32,000 nt of DNA, taken from the NCBI RefSeq assembly GCF_014280195.1, contig NZ_CP047960.1, forward strand, positions 1,680,001 through 1,712,000, in the 5' to 3' direction. The notes under the pieces were generated by a model. That model was not told the origin of the DNA and did not search any database. It worked only from the letters and a program-made list of their open reading frames with translations. Numbering within the stretch: position 1 is the first letter of the stretch; each line of letters begins with the position of its first letter. The position numbers were made by a program, and so were the translations under genes. This document shows, piece by piece, positions 13,935 to 22,375 of the stretch. Source of the stretch: Synechococcus sp. A15-24. GTDB taxonomy: Bacteria > Cyanobacteriota > Cyanobacteriia > PCC-6307 > Cyanobiaceae.

Positions 13935-14111
13935 CGACTGAAACCTAGACACAGCCTGGCTGGTTGTCAGTGATTGAGAGAACAATCGGCCACCAGCAGC
14001 ACAGTTCAGACCACAAGACCCACTGCCGCGCAGGCAGACGCAGGGAATATTTCAACATTCAAAAATCGAGCTGAGCATGCCTAACATTTCATTAGCGGGT
14101 GTTGGGCTGGC

Positions 14112-15116
14112 ATGAATGAGCCGATCCGCCTCCGGGAGGTCTGGAAAAGTTTCGGCGGCAGGCCAGGAGCGTCGCCAGCCGAACTACTTCAGTCCTCTGA
14201 AGCCAGGGTTGCTGTACAGGACGTCTCCCTGGAGATCAGGGCCGGGGAGATGTTTGTGGTGATGGGGCTGTCCGGATCCGGCAAGTCCACCCTGTTGCGC
14301 ATGATCAATGGCTTGATCAGCCCAAGCCTTGGGGTTGTTGAGATTGAAGGGCGACCGCTGCAGCAGTTCAGCCGAGGCGAACTGCGTGCCCTCAGGCGGC
14401 GCAGCATGGCGATGGTGTTCCAATCCTTCGCCCTTTTTCCGCAGCGCAGCGCGCTGGAGAATGCAGCCTTTGGGCTTGAAATGGCCGGCGTCCCCCGCCG
14501 CCAACGCCTGGCCAAAGCTCAGCAGGCGCTGGAGCGGGTTGGCCTCGGTGGGGATCTGCACCGCACGCCGGATCAGTTGTCCGGCGGCATGCGTCAGCGG
14601 GTCGGTCTGGCGAGGGCTCTGGCGTTGGATCCCCCCGTTCTGCTAATGGATGAAGCCTTCTCGGCGCTGGACCCGCTGATCCGTGCCGATATGCAGGATC
14701 TGCTGCTGGATCTGCAACGGGAACACCGGCGCACCATTGTCTTCATTTCCCATGATCTGGATGAAGCGGTGCGGATCGGCGATCGCATCGCGTTGATGCA
14801 GGACGGACGTCTGCTGCAGTGCGATACAGCGGAAAAGCTGTTCCGCACCCCCGCCGAGCCGGCGGTGGCTGAATTTTTCCGTGGTGTTGATCCCGCTGGC
14901 GTCCTCACCCTTGGAGCCATTGCCGAGCCATCGCCACTGACTGACGGATGGGATCCCAAGGATCCCGACCTCACCGTGCTCTCCTCAGCCATGCTCCTCA
15001 AGGAGGCCATACCGATCGTCACGGCCGCAAACAGGCCTGTGGCGGTTGTCGGCAACGATCACCATCTGATCGGCTCGGTGTCACCCAACACGATCCTGCG
15101 GGCGCTTAGTCGATGA
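14112..15116 (+). CDS. proV: glycine betaine/proline ABC transporter, ATP-binding subunit
   Basis: Walker A is GLSGSGKST, the signature is LSGGMRQRVGLARAL and Walker B is VLLMDEAFSALD. It has a short C-terminal regulatory tail. Its stop overlaps the proW start (ATGA at 15113-15116). Confidence 0.9.
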   Translation: MNEPIRLREVWKSFGGRPGASPAELLQSSEARVAVQDVSLEIRAGEMFVVMGLSGSGKSTLLRMINGLISPSLGVVEIEGRPLQQFSRGELRALRRRSMAMVFQSFALFPQRSALENAAFGLEMAGVPRRQRLAKAQQALERVGLGGDLHRTPDQLSGGMRQRVGLARALALDPPVLLMDEAFSALDPLIRADMQDLLLDLQREHRRTIVFISHDLDEAVRIGDRIALMQDGRLLQCDTAEKLFRTPAEPAVAEFFRGVDPAGVLTLGAIAEPSPLTDGWDPKDPDLTVLSSAMLLKEAIPIVTAANRPVAVVGNDHHLIGSVSPNTILRALSR

Positions 15117-16027
15117 GTGAGCTCTTCAGTCAGCTGTGGCTGGCACAGGCCAGCGAAGCCGGGGCGGTGGGCGCGACAGCCGACAGCATCGTGAGCTGGC
15201 TAATTGGCAACGGCGGTGCCCTGTTCAGCCTGATCAACACCGTCATCTTTGTGCTGACGGCGTTCGTCGAACAGCTGCTGAATGCACCCGCCCCCTGGCT
15301 GCTCGCACTGCTGGTGGCACTGCTGGGGCTCTGGCGTGTGAGTGCCGCATTCGGTCTTCTCAGTCTTCTCGGTCTGAATCTTGTGCAGACCATGGGCCTG
15401 TGGGAGCCAATGGTCAGCAGCCTGGCCCTTGTGCTGACCGCCTCCCTGCTGGCCCTCGCGATCGGTCTTCCTTTGGGTGTGCTGGCTGCCCGTCAGCGAA
15501 GCATCTGGCAGCTCACCCGTCCGCTGCTGGATCTGATGCAGACCATGCCGGCCTTTGTATACCTGATTCCTGCCGTGATGCTGTTCAGCACCGGCGCCGT
15601 TCCTTCGGTGATCGCCACGTTGATCTTCGCGATGCCACCGGTGGTAAGGCTCACCGTTCTGGGCATCCGCCAGGTTCCGGCTGATCTGATCGAGGCCGGG
15701 CGATCCTTCGGCTGCTCCGAGTGGCAGTTGCTCACCAAGGTGCAACTGCCCAACGCTCTTCCCACGCTGATGACCGGCGTGAATCAGACGATCATGCTGG
15801 CCCTTTCGATGGTGGTGATCGCCTCGATGATCGGTGGTAGTGGGCTGGGTGATGTGGTGCTGCGGGGCATCCAGCAGCTGAACATTGGCCTGGGCTTTGA
15901 GGGAGGCCTGGCCGTGGTGATCCTGGCGGTCATCCTGGACCGTCTCAGCCAGAGCCTCAGCACACCCCCCAGCCGATCCGCGCGGGATCGGGTCCGCAGC
16001 CTGGCCACGCTTTGGAGGATTCGATGA
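15113..16027 (+). CDS. proW: glycine betaine/proline ABC transporter permease
   Basis: A multi-TM protein with the conserved loop IEAGRSFGCSEWQLLTKVQLPNALP. It sits between proV and proX. Confidence 0.9.
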   Translation: MSELFSQLWLAQASEAGAVGATADSIVSWLIGNGGALFSLINTVIFVLTAFVEQLLNAPAPWLLALLVALLGLWRVSAAFGLLSLLGLNLVQTMGLWEPMVSSLALVLTASLLALAIGLPLGVLAARQRSIWQLTRPLLDLMQTMPAFVYLIPAVMLFSTGAVPSVIATLIFAMPPVVRLTVLGIRQVPADLIEAGRSFGCSEWQLLTKVQLPNALPTLMTGVNQTIMLALSMVVIASMIGGSGLGDVVLRGIQQLNIGLGFEGGLAVVILAVILDRLSQSLSTPPSRSARDRVRSLATLWRIR

Positions 16028-16989
16028 ACAAGTTTCAGCTCTGGCGACGACGCAGTGTGCTGCTGGCTGGCTTGGGTCTGGCGGGTGCCTCCCTGCACAA
16101 CCTGGCTAGCCGCCCTGAAGCCGACACATCCGCCCCGGCGACGGACACGCCTGGATCAACGTCCCAGGTTCAGTCGAGCAACGACCGCAACTCTGCCGGT
16201 GCCCCCTTGAAGCTGGGCTGGTCGCCTTGGGCCGATGCCGAAGTGGTGAGTCTGATGGCGACCCAGCTGATCGAATCGGAGTTGAATCAACCGGTGGAAC
16301 GGGTGATGGCCGACATCGGCATCCAATACCAATCCGTGGCCCGCGGCGATCTGGACCTGATGCTGATGGCCTGGCTGCCAGGCACCCATCGGGATTACTG
16401 GAGCAAGGTGCGTGATCGAGTGCTGGATCTCGGGCCGATGTATTCCGGCCGGCTTGGCTGGATCGTGCCCGACTATGTGCCAGAGGAGGTGATTGCCAGC
16501 ATTGAGCAACTCCAGGATCCGCAGCTGGCGGCTCGCTTTGATGGCAGGGTCCAGGGCATCGACCCGGGGTCTGGCCTGAACCAGGCCTCACTGAAAGCCC
16601 TGAAGCAATACGGATTGACGTCTATGGAGCTGGTGGCGTCCAGCAGCGCGGCCATGGCTGCTGTGTTGGCCCAGGCGATCGACGAGCAACGCTGGCTGAT
16701 CGCCACGAGCTGGACCCCCCACTGGATGTTTGCCCGCTACAAACTGCGCTTCCTTGACGACCCCAAGGGCAGCTTCGGAGCAACAGAACGCATCCATGCC
16801 GTGGCTCGGCAGGGCATGGATCAGCTGCATCCTGCGGTGACAGCGTTCCTCAGCCGCTTCCATTTACCTGAGAGCGACCTGGATGGCTTGCTGCTGCAGG
16901 CCCAGGAGTCATCCGCCGAGACCGCGGTGTCGACCTACCTGGCTCGCCATCCCAATCGGGTTCGCTACTGGACGACAGGAAAGATCTAA
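16012..16989 (+). CDS. proX: glycine betaine-binding periplasmic protein
   Basis: OpuAC-type substrate-binding protein (LGWSPWADAEVVS...). The signal region contains WRRRSVLLAGLGLAGA, which is twin-arginine-like. ATG 16024 forms an ATGA overlap with the proW stop and may be the real start. Confidence 0.88.
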   Translation: MEDSMNKFQLWRRRSVLLAGLGLAGASLHNLASRPEADTSAPATDTPGSTSQVQSSNDRNSAGAPLKLGWSPWADAEVVSLMATQLIESELNQPVERVMADIGIQYQSVARGDLDLMLMAWLPGTHRDYWSKVRDRVLDLGPMYSGRLGWIVPDYVPEEVIASIEQLQDPQLAARFDGRVQGIDPGSGLNQASLKALKQYGLTSMELVASSSAAMAAVLAQAIDEQRWLIATSWTPHWMFARYKLRFLDDPKGSFGATERIHAVARQGMDQLHPAVTAFLSRFHLPESDLDGLLLQAQESSAETAVSTYLARHPNRVRYWTTGKI

Positions 16990-16992
16990 AAA

Positions 16993-17044
16993 GCACGAAA
17001 TCGCATTTATATCGAGTCAATATCAACTCGATACCGTGCCTTTT
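16993..17044 (+). terminator. compound hairpin plus T-tract after proX
   Basis: The outer stem is GCACG (16993-97) / CGTGC (17035-39). The inner stem is TATCGAGT (17010-17) / ACTCGATA (17026-33). CTTTT (17040-44) follows. The structure lies between convergent genes. Confidence 0.5.
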
Positions 17045-17055
17045 AGCGCCGGAGA

Positions 17056-17514
17056 TCAGATCAACCGTTCATCAACCCCCTTTGGCCATTGAGAGCGGTC
17101 TCGATCACGCAGCATCTCGAAATCGTCAAAGCTGAACCCTGGGCCGACGCAACAGCTCACCAGAGTGAAATCTCCCTGACTCCGGGCTGCCATCCAGACC
17201 CCCGCCGGAACCCAGGCCACGGGCTGATCCTCACTGATCACCTGTTCATGGGGTCCGTCTGCAGCATCGGAATGCTGGAACAGGCTGAGGGGAGCGCCAC
17301 TAAGGAAGGTCCAGATCTCATCACCACCGTGAACGCAATGCCAGCGACTCACATCCCCGGCACCGAGCAGAAACAGCACGGTCGTGATGGCACTGCGTGG
17401 TTGGCCATCGGGCCTTGTGACCTGAATGGAGCTCCGTTGCACTTCCCTGTACCAACCGCCTTCGGGATGAGGCTGCAGCCGCCAACGGGCCACAAGGGAG
17501 TCCATCAGGTCCAA
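17056..17514 (-). CDS. cupin-fold protein, DUF985 family
   Basis: 152 aa. The N-terminal L..HPEGGWYRE motif (LQPHPEGGWYREV) and later WH.V.G.E (WHCVHGGDEIW) are typical of DUF985 cupins. Confidence 0.75.
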   Translation of the reverse strand: MDLMDSLVARWRLQPHPEGGWYREVQRSSIQVTRPDGQPRSAITTVLFLLGAGDVSRWHCVHGGDEIWTFLSGAPLSLFQHSDAADGPHEQVISEDQPVAWVPAGVWMAARSQGDFTLVSCCVGPGFSFDDFEMLRDRDRSQWPKGVDERLI

Positions 17515-17551
17515 CGCTGATCAGAACGCAGGAAGCCAACGTTGGCACAAC

Positions 17552-17578
17552 AAAAAGCCCCCACCTTGCGGTGAGGGC
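17552..17578 (-). terminator. psbA intrinsic terminator
   Basis: The minus strand reads GCCCTCACC-GCAA-GGTGGGGGC followed by TTTTTG, about 40 nt after the psbA stop. A second hairpin, GATTCAG-N5-CTGAATC (17584-17602), lies between the stop and this terminator. Confidence 0.7.
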
Positions 17579-17618
17579 TTTCCGATTCAGTTGATCTGAA
17601 TCGTTACTTGATTCCAGA

Positions 17619-18698
17619 TCAACCGATGGCAGGTGCCTGCAGAGCCACAGGAGTGGACTCAGCAGCAGCCAGGTCGAGGGGGAAGTTGTGAGCGTTACGC
17701 TCGTGCATCACTTCCATGCCGAGGCCGGCACGGTTCAACACGTCGGCCCAGGTGTTCAGGACGCGGCCCTGACCATCAAGGATGGACTGGTTGAAGTTGA
17801 AGCCGTTCAGGTTGAAGGCCATGGTTGACACGCCCAGGGCGGTGAACCAGATGCCGACAACAGGCCAGGCAGCCAGGAAGAAGTGGAGGCTACGGCTGTT
17901 GTTGAAGGAGGCGTATTGGAAGATCAGGCGACCGAAGTAACCGTGGGCAGCCACGATGTTGTAGGTCTCTTCCTCTTGGCCGAACTTGTAGCCGTAGTTC
18001 TGGGACTCGGTCTCGGTGGTTTCACGCACCAGGGAGGAGGTCACCAGGGAGCCATGCATGGCGGAGAACAGGGAGCCACCGAACACACCTGCAACACCCA
18101 GCATGTGGAAGGGGTGCATCAGGATGTTGTGCTCAGCCTGGAACACCAGCATGTAGTTGAACGTGCCGGAGATGCCCAGGGGCATGGCGTCAGAGAAGGA
18201 GCCCTGACCGAAGGGGTAGACCAGGAAAACTGCAGAGGCAGCAGCGACAGGTGCGCTGTAGGCGACGCAGATCCAGGGGCGCATGCCCAGGCGGTAGGAG
18301 AGTTCCCACTCACGACCCATGTAGGCGTAGATGCCGATCAGGAAGTGGAAGACGACGAGCTGGAAAGGACCGCCGTTGTACAGCCACTCATCAAGAGAAG
18401 CAGCTTCCCAAATGGGATAGAAGTGCAGGCCAATGGCGTTGCTGGAAGGAACAACAGCACCGGAGATGATGTTGTTGCCGTAAATAAGGGAGCCAGCGAC
18501 GGGCTCGCGGATGCCATCGATGTCAACCGGAGGAGCGGCGACGAAAGCGATGACGAAGCAGATGGTGGCAGCCAGCAGGGTGGGGATCATCAGCACACCG
18601 AACCAACCGACATACAGACGGTTGTTGGTGGAGGTGACCCACTCGCAGAAAGCCTGCCAGCTGGAAGCGCCGGAGCGCTGCTGGAGGGTGGTGGTCAT
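17619..18698 (-). CDS. psbA: photosystem II reaction-centre protein D1 (E130, D1:2-type isoform)
   Basis: Full-length 359-aa D1 that I recognise unambiguously. Counting residues puts Glu at position 130 (YMGREWELS). A C-terminal extension follows ...NFPLDLA. Confidence 0.98.
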   Translation of the reverse strand: MTTTLQQRSGASSWQAFCEWVTSTNNRLYVGWFGVLMIPTLLAATICFVIAFVAAPPVDIDGIREPVAGSLIYGNNIISGAVVPSSNAIGLHFYPIWEAASLDEWLYNGGPFQLVVFHFLIGIYAYMGREWELSYRLGMRPWICVAYSAPVAAASAVFLVYPFGQGSFSDAMPLGISGTFNYMLVFQAEHNILMHPFHMLGVAGVFGGSLFSAMHGSLVTSSLVRETTETESQNYGYKFGQEEETYNIVAAHGYFGRLIFQYASFNNSRSLHFFLAAWPVVGIWFTALGVSTMAFNLNGFNFNQSILDGQGRVLNTWADVLNRAGLGMEVMHERNAHNFPLDLAAAESTPVALQAPAIG

Positions 18699-18714
18699 GA
18701 GAACGGAAAGAAGT

Positions 18715-18757
18715 GTTCCCGAAGGAACGGTTTAAGGAAGGGCAGGTGTGCCCTGCC
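18715..18757 (-). promoter_or_regulatory. two hairpins in the psbA 5' leader
   Basis: GTTCC-CGAA-GGAAC (18715-18728) gives a UUCG loop on the mRNA strand, 17 nt upstream of the ATG. GGCAGG-N5-CCTGCC lies at 18741-18757. The function is not established. Confidence 0.35.
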
Positions 18758-18785
18758 TCACACCAATGTAACGGAAGGTTGAGAG

Positions 18786-19028
18786 GTGTGTTCGGTTATT
18801 GCGGCAAGCGTTTTGGGCAGCCCTGTCAGTGACTGGCCAGCTCACAAAGATTTAAGGTTCTGGTGTTGTCCGGAGCCCGTTTTGGTCCTGATCCGCTGGC
18901 TCCATGCTGGACGTCGTCTCGAGGAAACAGTTCCTCTGGAACTGGCTCGCCATCGACGCAATGAACTAGAGGCTCAAGGTGCCACCATTTATTGGAGTGA
19001 GCGGCTGGTGCCGACCGGTCTCAACTGA
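18786..19028 (+). CDS. hypothetical small protein (start uncertain)
   Basis: 80-aa ORF from a GTG start. The C-terminal half LIRWLHAGRRLEETVPLELARHRRNELEAQGATIYWSERL looks protein-like, while the N-terminal part is doubtful. Confidence 0.35.
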   Translation: MCSVIAASVLGSPVSDWPAHKDLRFWCCPEPVLVLIRWLHAGRRLEETVPLELARHRRNELEAQGATIYWSERLVPTGLN

Positions 19029-19056
19029 GAGGCTGTAGCCAACGTTCCTGCGTCGG

Positions 19057-19389
19057 ATGAAACGCTGTTATTTCGCGCTGTCATTCATGGCTTTGAGCTG
19101 CCTGCTTCTCAGCGGCTGTGTTTCGAAGCCATCCTCCACCGGCGCAGACAAGACCAGCCAAGCCGCCCTTGAGCAACTCGAACTGCGGGTTAATCAACTG
19201 GAGCGGAAACTCAGCGCCAGAAGCCCTGGCAACGCAGAGATCGATCAGAAAGTCCCTGCCGGACCGCTTCAGTCCCTCACCCTTCGCCTGGGGACGGACG
19301 ACGATCGTCTGCGGCTGTACTGGGCTGATGGTCAGTCGAGTGATCTGCTCTGCAGTGAGGAAGGCAAAGGTGTCTGGGCCTGTGGTTAA
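19057..19389 (+). CDS. putative lipoprotein
   Basis: The sequence starts MKRCYFALSFMALSCLLLSGCVSK, a signal peptide with an LSGC lipobox. The ORF is 110 aa. Confidence 0.65.
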   Translation: MKRCYFALSFMALSCLLLSGCVSKPSSTGADKTSQAALEQLELRVNQLERKLSARSPGNAEIDQKVPAGPLQSLTLRLGTDDDRLRLYWADGQSSDLLCSEEGKGVWACG

Positions 19390-19435
19390 GCCACCCCGAA
19401 CCGATCAGAGTGGATTAACGCCATTCGCCGCGCCG

Positions 19436-19786
19436 ATGCGTCTGATCAGCCTTCTGCTCGCAGCAATGAGCCTGGCCGCTCCCACGGCCCAGGCCCAGAC
19501 GCCATACACCCACGCCCAGACCAAAGCAGCCAACCTGGCCAGGATGCTGGCCGAAAAGCTCAATGGTGGTCTGCGTCTGTATCGCGCCGACCGCTGCATG
19601 TACGTCACCCGTGGTGTGGACTGCCTCGTCTCTGCCGACGAGAACGGCTACAGGTTCAGCTTCAAAGGAGGGGCGCCGGGATGGCAACAGCAAAGTCCCC
19701 CTGACCCAACCCTCGAAACCGAAGTACTGATTTCTATCGATGGCGATGAAATCCTCGATGTTCCCTACAACGGGCCGCTTCGCTGA
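19436..19786 (+). CDS. secreted hypothetical protein
   Basis: An in-frame ATG at 19436 within track ORF 19118-19786 gives MRLISLLLAAMSLAAPTAQA/QTPY, a clean signal peptide. The upstream part of the long ORF overlaps the lipoprotein gene out of frame. Confidence 0.6.
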   Translation: MRLISLLLAAMSLAAPTAQAQTPYTHAQTKAANLARMLAEKLNGGLRLYRADRCMYVTRGVDCLVSADENGYRFSFKGGAPGWQQQSPPDPTLETEVLISIDGDEILDVPYNGPLR

Positions 19787-19789
19787 GGC

Positions 19790-20701
19790 TCAGCCCATCA
19801 GCTGCTCCAACGCCTGACCCCAACTCGGATCGATGGGCCAGACCTCCCGGCGGGTCAATGAAAAGGCGATCCTCTTTTCGGCATAGGCCGCCTCATTGAT
19901 GAACACGGGCCAGGTCTCTCCTCCATCCACCTCAAGCGGCACCGTGCCTCCGCGAGGCAGTTCAAACATGGCCGCTCCGTCCATCAGCGGCCGCCAGTCC
20001 TGTCCCTGCAGCTGTGGATGAACCATGGCAGCTGCACAATCCCGTTGATCACGCGGCAGATCAACACTGCCGAGGTGACGATGCACCACCAGGTTGTGGG
20101 GGTCCCGGCCCGTACCCGCACGCGCCGCGGCCAATTCCCGACAACACGTCTCGAGGGCGATCCGGGTTTGGCGCACCACCCGTGCATCCAGAACCCCCTG
20201 AGGCACGGGCCCCACTTCGATCACCAGCCCGCAGGGCCACTGCTCCACCAGAAACCCGGTCTGAGCGGCATCGGCCTCATGCAGATAGATCGGCAGTCCA
20301 AGAGCCCCTTGCACCCGTGCAGCCAGTGCCAGATCGGCGGGGCGACGGCCGTACACGACCAGGCAGCTGCCCATGGCTGCTGTGGTGCTGTGCAGGTCCA
20401 GGGCCACCCGGCAGGGGTTCGCGCCGTCGGGGCCGTGCCAAGCGAGGAGCTGCCGGGCGCGCTGCAATTCCTGCTCCTGCTCCCCCTGATTCAACAGATC
20501 CGCGGTGAAGCAGCGGTTGAGATCTCGGTCGACGTAGCGACGGTTGGCTGTGCGAGCTTCGGGATTGCCGATCTCCAGAGCCAGAGAGAGCCCCGCGGCA
20601 TCCAGCAAATCTTGCTGATCACGCCACTGGTCCACCAGCCAGGCCCCATTGATTTCGTTGCCATGGGTGCCACCCACCACCAGCACATCGCAGCGGGTCA
20701 T
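19790..20701 (-). CDS. succinylglutamate desuccinylase/aspartoacylase-family zinc hydrolase
   Basis: [23 protein letters not shown] is the typical N-terminus of AstE/AspA-family proteins. The maximal ORF extends to 20776, but that would overlap the divergent GST gene, so ATG 20701 is preferred. Confidence 0.8.
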   Translation of the reverse strand: MTRCDVLVVGGTHGNEINGAWLVDQWRDQQDLLDAAGLSLALEIGNPEARTANRRYVDRDLNRCFTADLLNQGEQEQELQRARQLLAWHGPDGANPCRVALDLHSTTAAMGSCLVVYGRRPADLALAARVQGALGLPIYLHEADAAQTGFLVEQWPCGLVIEVGPVPQGVLDARVVRQTRIALETCCRELAAARAGTGRDPHNLVVHRHLGSVDLPRDQRDCAAAMVHPQLQGQDWRPLMDGAAMFELPRGGTVPLEVDGGETWPVFINEAAYAEKRIAFSLTRREVWPIDPSWGQALEQLMG

Positions 20702-20768
20702 CTCAAGCTTCTGAATCCCCTGACTGAAGCATGGGAAACGGCAAGACTGAAGCCAACAGCAACTGAGC

Positions 20769-21740
20769 ATGGCCATCCCCCCGGCTCTTGTGATCGCCGC
20801 CCGGCAGGGCTGGCAATGGCAATGGCAGCGATTAATGGGAGGCCTGGGGCCGGCTGATGCGGAGGGGAATTACCAGCGACCCAGCAGCGATCACCTGAGC
20901 GCCAGCGTTCCATCCTTTGTTCTCTCAACGCTTCCAGAGCAGCGACGCCCCCTGTTGATCCTCGGAAGAAGCTGTCCGTGGGCCCACCGCACCTGGCTGG
21001 TGCATCAACTGCGGCGACTCGGCAGCAGCGTTACACCGCTGATCGCCAGGGCCGACCACCGCGCCGGCCGATGGCAATTGGATCCCCCCTGGCAGGGGTG
21101 TCACACCTTGCTGGAGCTGTACCGGCGCTGTGGTGCTCCCCCCTCGTACCGGGCCACCGTGCCGGTGCTGGTGGATCCCAGCGGGCCTCGGATCCTCGGC
21201 AACGAAAGCGCTCAATTGGTGGAGCTGTTCAACGAATGGCCAGCACCCGATGGGGCACCGGATCTGGCAGCTGCGCATCAACGAGGGGAGATCGACCGTT
21301 GGCAATCGCTGCTGCAACCAGCCGTCAACGACGGGGTCTACCGCTGTGGATTCGCCCGCACCCAGGCGGCCTACGACCTCGCCGAAACAGACCTCTTCAA
21401 CGCCCTCCAGCAAGTGGAGCAGGCTCTTCAAGATGGTCGCTCCTGGCTTTGCGGCGATGAGCTCAGCCTGTCGGATGTTCGCCTGTTCCCCACCTTGATC
21501 CGCTGGGAGGTGGTTTACGCCCCTCTGTTCGGCTGCAGCCGCCGACCACTTTGGCAATTCCCCAATCTGTGGCTTTGGCGGCAGCGCTTCCACGCGCTTC
21601 CTGGTGTGGACGACACCTGTGATGCCAAAGCATGGCGCCAGGACTATTTCGGGGCCTTGTTTCCGCTGAATCCCGGCGGAATTGTTCCGGCTGGACCTGA
21701 CCTGAGCACACTGGTGCATGCCGGCATTCCCAGGCCATGA
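20769..21740 (+). CDS. Xi-class glutathione S-transferase (glutathionyl-hydroquinone reductase, YqjG/ECM4-like)
   Basis: The diagnostic CPWAHR motif is present ([16 protein letters not shown]). The length is 323 aa and a C-terminal GST-C-like region is present. Confidence 0.8.
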   Translation: MAIPPALVIAARQGWQWQWQRLMGGLGPADAEGNYQRPSSDHLSASVPSFVLSTLPEQRRPLLILGRSCPWAHRTWLVHQLRRLGSSVTPLIARADHRAGRWQLDPPWQGCHTLLELYRRCGAPPSYRATVPVLVDPSGPRILGNESAQLVELFNEWPAPDGAPDLAAAHQRGEIDRWQSLLQPAVNDGVYRCGFARTQAAYDLAETDLFNALQQVEQALQDGRSWLCGDELSLSDVRLFPTLIRWEVVYAPLFGCSRRPLWQFPNLWLWRQRFHALPGVDDTCDAKAWRQDYFGALFPLNPGGIVPAGPDLSTLVHAGIPRP

Positions 21741-22375
21741 CCACGGCTGATCCGCAATTTGAGGGGGTCTACGGCCCATACACAATCACCGAAGCCGACC
21801 GCAATGAGGTGCAGCGCTATCGCCTGGCTCTGCTGACCACAGGTCTGGCGCTGCTGGCGGGGATCCTGCACTGCTGGCTGCTTGGTGCCCGCTGGGCATG
21901 GGTCTGGATCCTGCCCATGGGCATCGGTCTCGGGCTGGCCCTGCTCTGGATTCACATTTACCTCCGCCCCCTGCACCGAGCGCTTCAGCTGTTCTGGCTG
22001 ACGGGCTGCCTGGGCTGGGGAACGCTGCTGATCAGCGCCGGTCCGCCCCATGCCCTGCTCACCCTGGCGGATCAACGGCTGTGGATCGTGGCGATCGGGC
22101 CCGTGTTCGCCGCCCTGGCGGGCATCGGCTTCAAGGAGTTTTTCTGCTTTCAGCGCCTGGAAGCTGTCGGCCTCACCCTGTTGCTGCCTGTGGCTCTGCT
22201 GGGCCGACTGGTCGGCCTGATCGACCCTCACGTCTGCCTGGCGCTGATGGCGGTGGCTGCTGCTCTGCTGGTGGTTCTCGCCCTGCGCAAGTTCGGGATG
22301 GACGCCGCCGCTGATGTCGGCGACAAGAGCGTGTTTGCTTATCTGGACGGTCAACTGTCTGCGCGCACCTCGTGA
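21737..22375 (+). CDS. conserved cyanobacterial integral membrane protein (DUF2301-like)
   Basis: 212 aa. It starts YGPYTITEADRNEVQRYRLALL and then has several TM helices. The ATGA overlap with the upstream stop supports the start. The family name is from memory. Confidence 0.65.
   Translation: MTTADPQFEGVYGPYTITEADRNEVQRYRLALLTTGLALLAGILHCWLLGARWAWVWILPMGIGLGLALLWIHIYLRPLHRALQLFWLTGCLGWGTLLISAGPPHALLTLADQRLWIVAIGPVFAALAGIGFKEFFCFQRLEAVGLTLLLPVALLGRLVGLIDPHVCLALMAVAAALLVVLALRKFGMDAAADVGDKSVFAYLDGQLSARTS

Noticed and set aside
17883-18782. 299-aa plus-strand ORF
   Set aside because: It is antisense to psbA, whose identity is beyond doubt. It is a shadow ORF.
19118-19435. N-terminal 106 codons of the 222-aa track ORF 19118-19786
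   Set aside because: This part overlaps the lipoprotein gene 19057-19389 in another frame and is Pro/Ser/Arg-rich. The in-frame ATG at 19436 gives a clean signal peptide, so only 19436-19786 is called.
20018-21785. 279-aa plus-strand (20018-20857) and 286-aa minus-strand (20925-21785) ORFs
   Set aside because: They are antisense to the aspartoacylase-family and Xi-GST genes respectively, and I recognise no motifs in them. Many shorter track ORFs inside proVWX, gbmt1/2, the protease, obg, hemB and dnaJ were rejected for the same reason.
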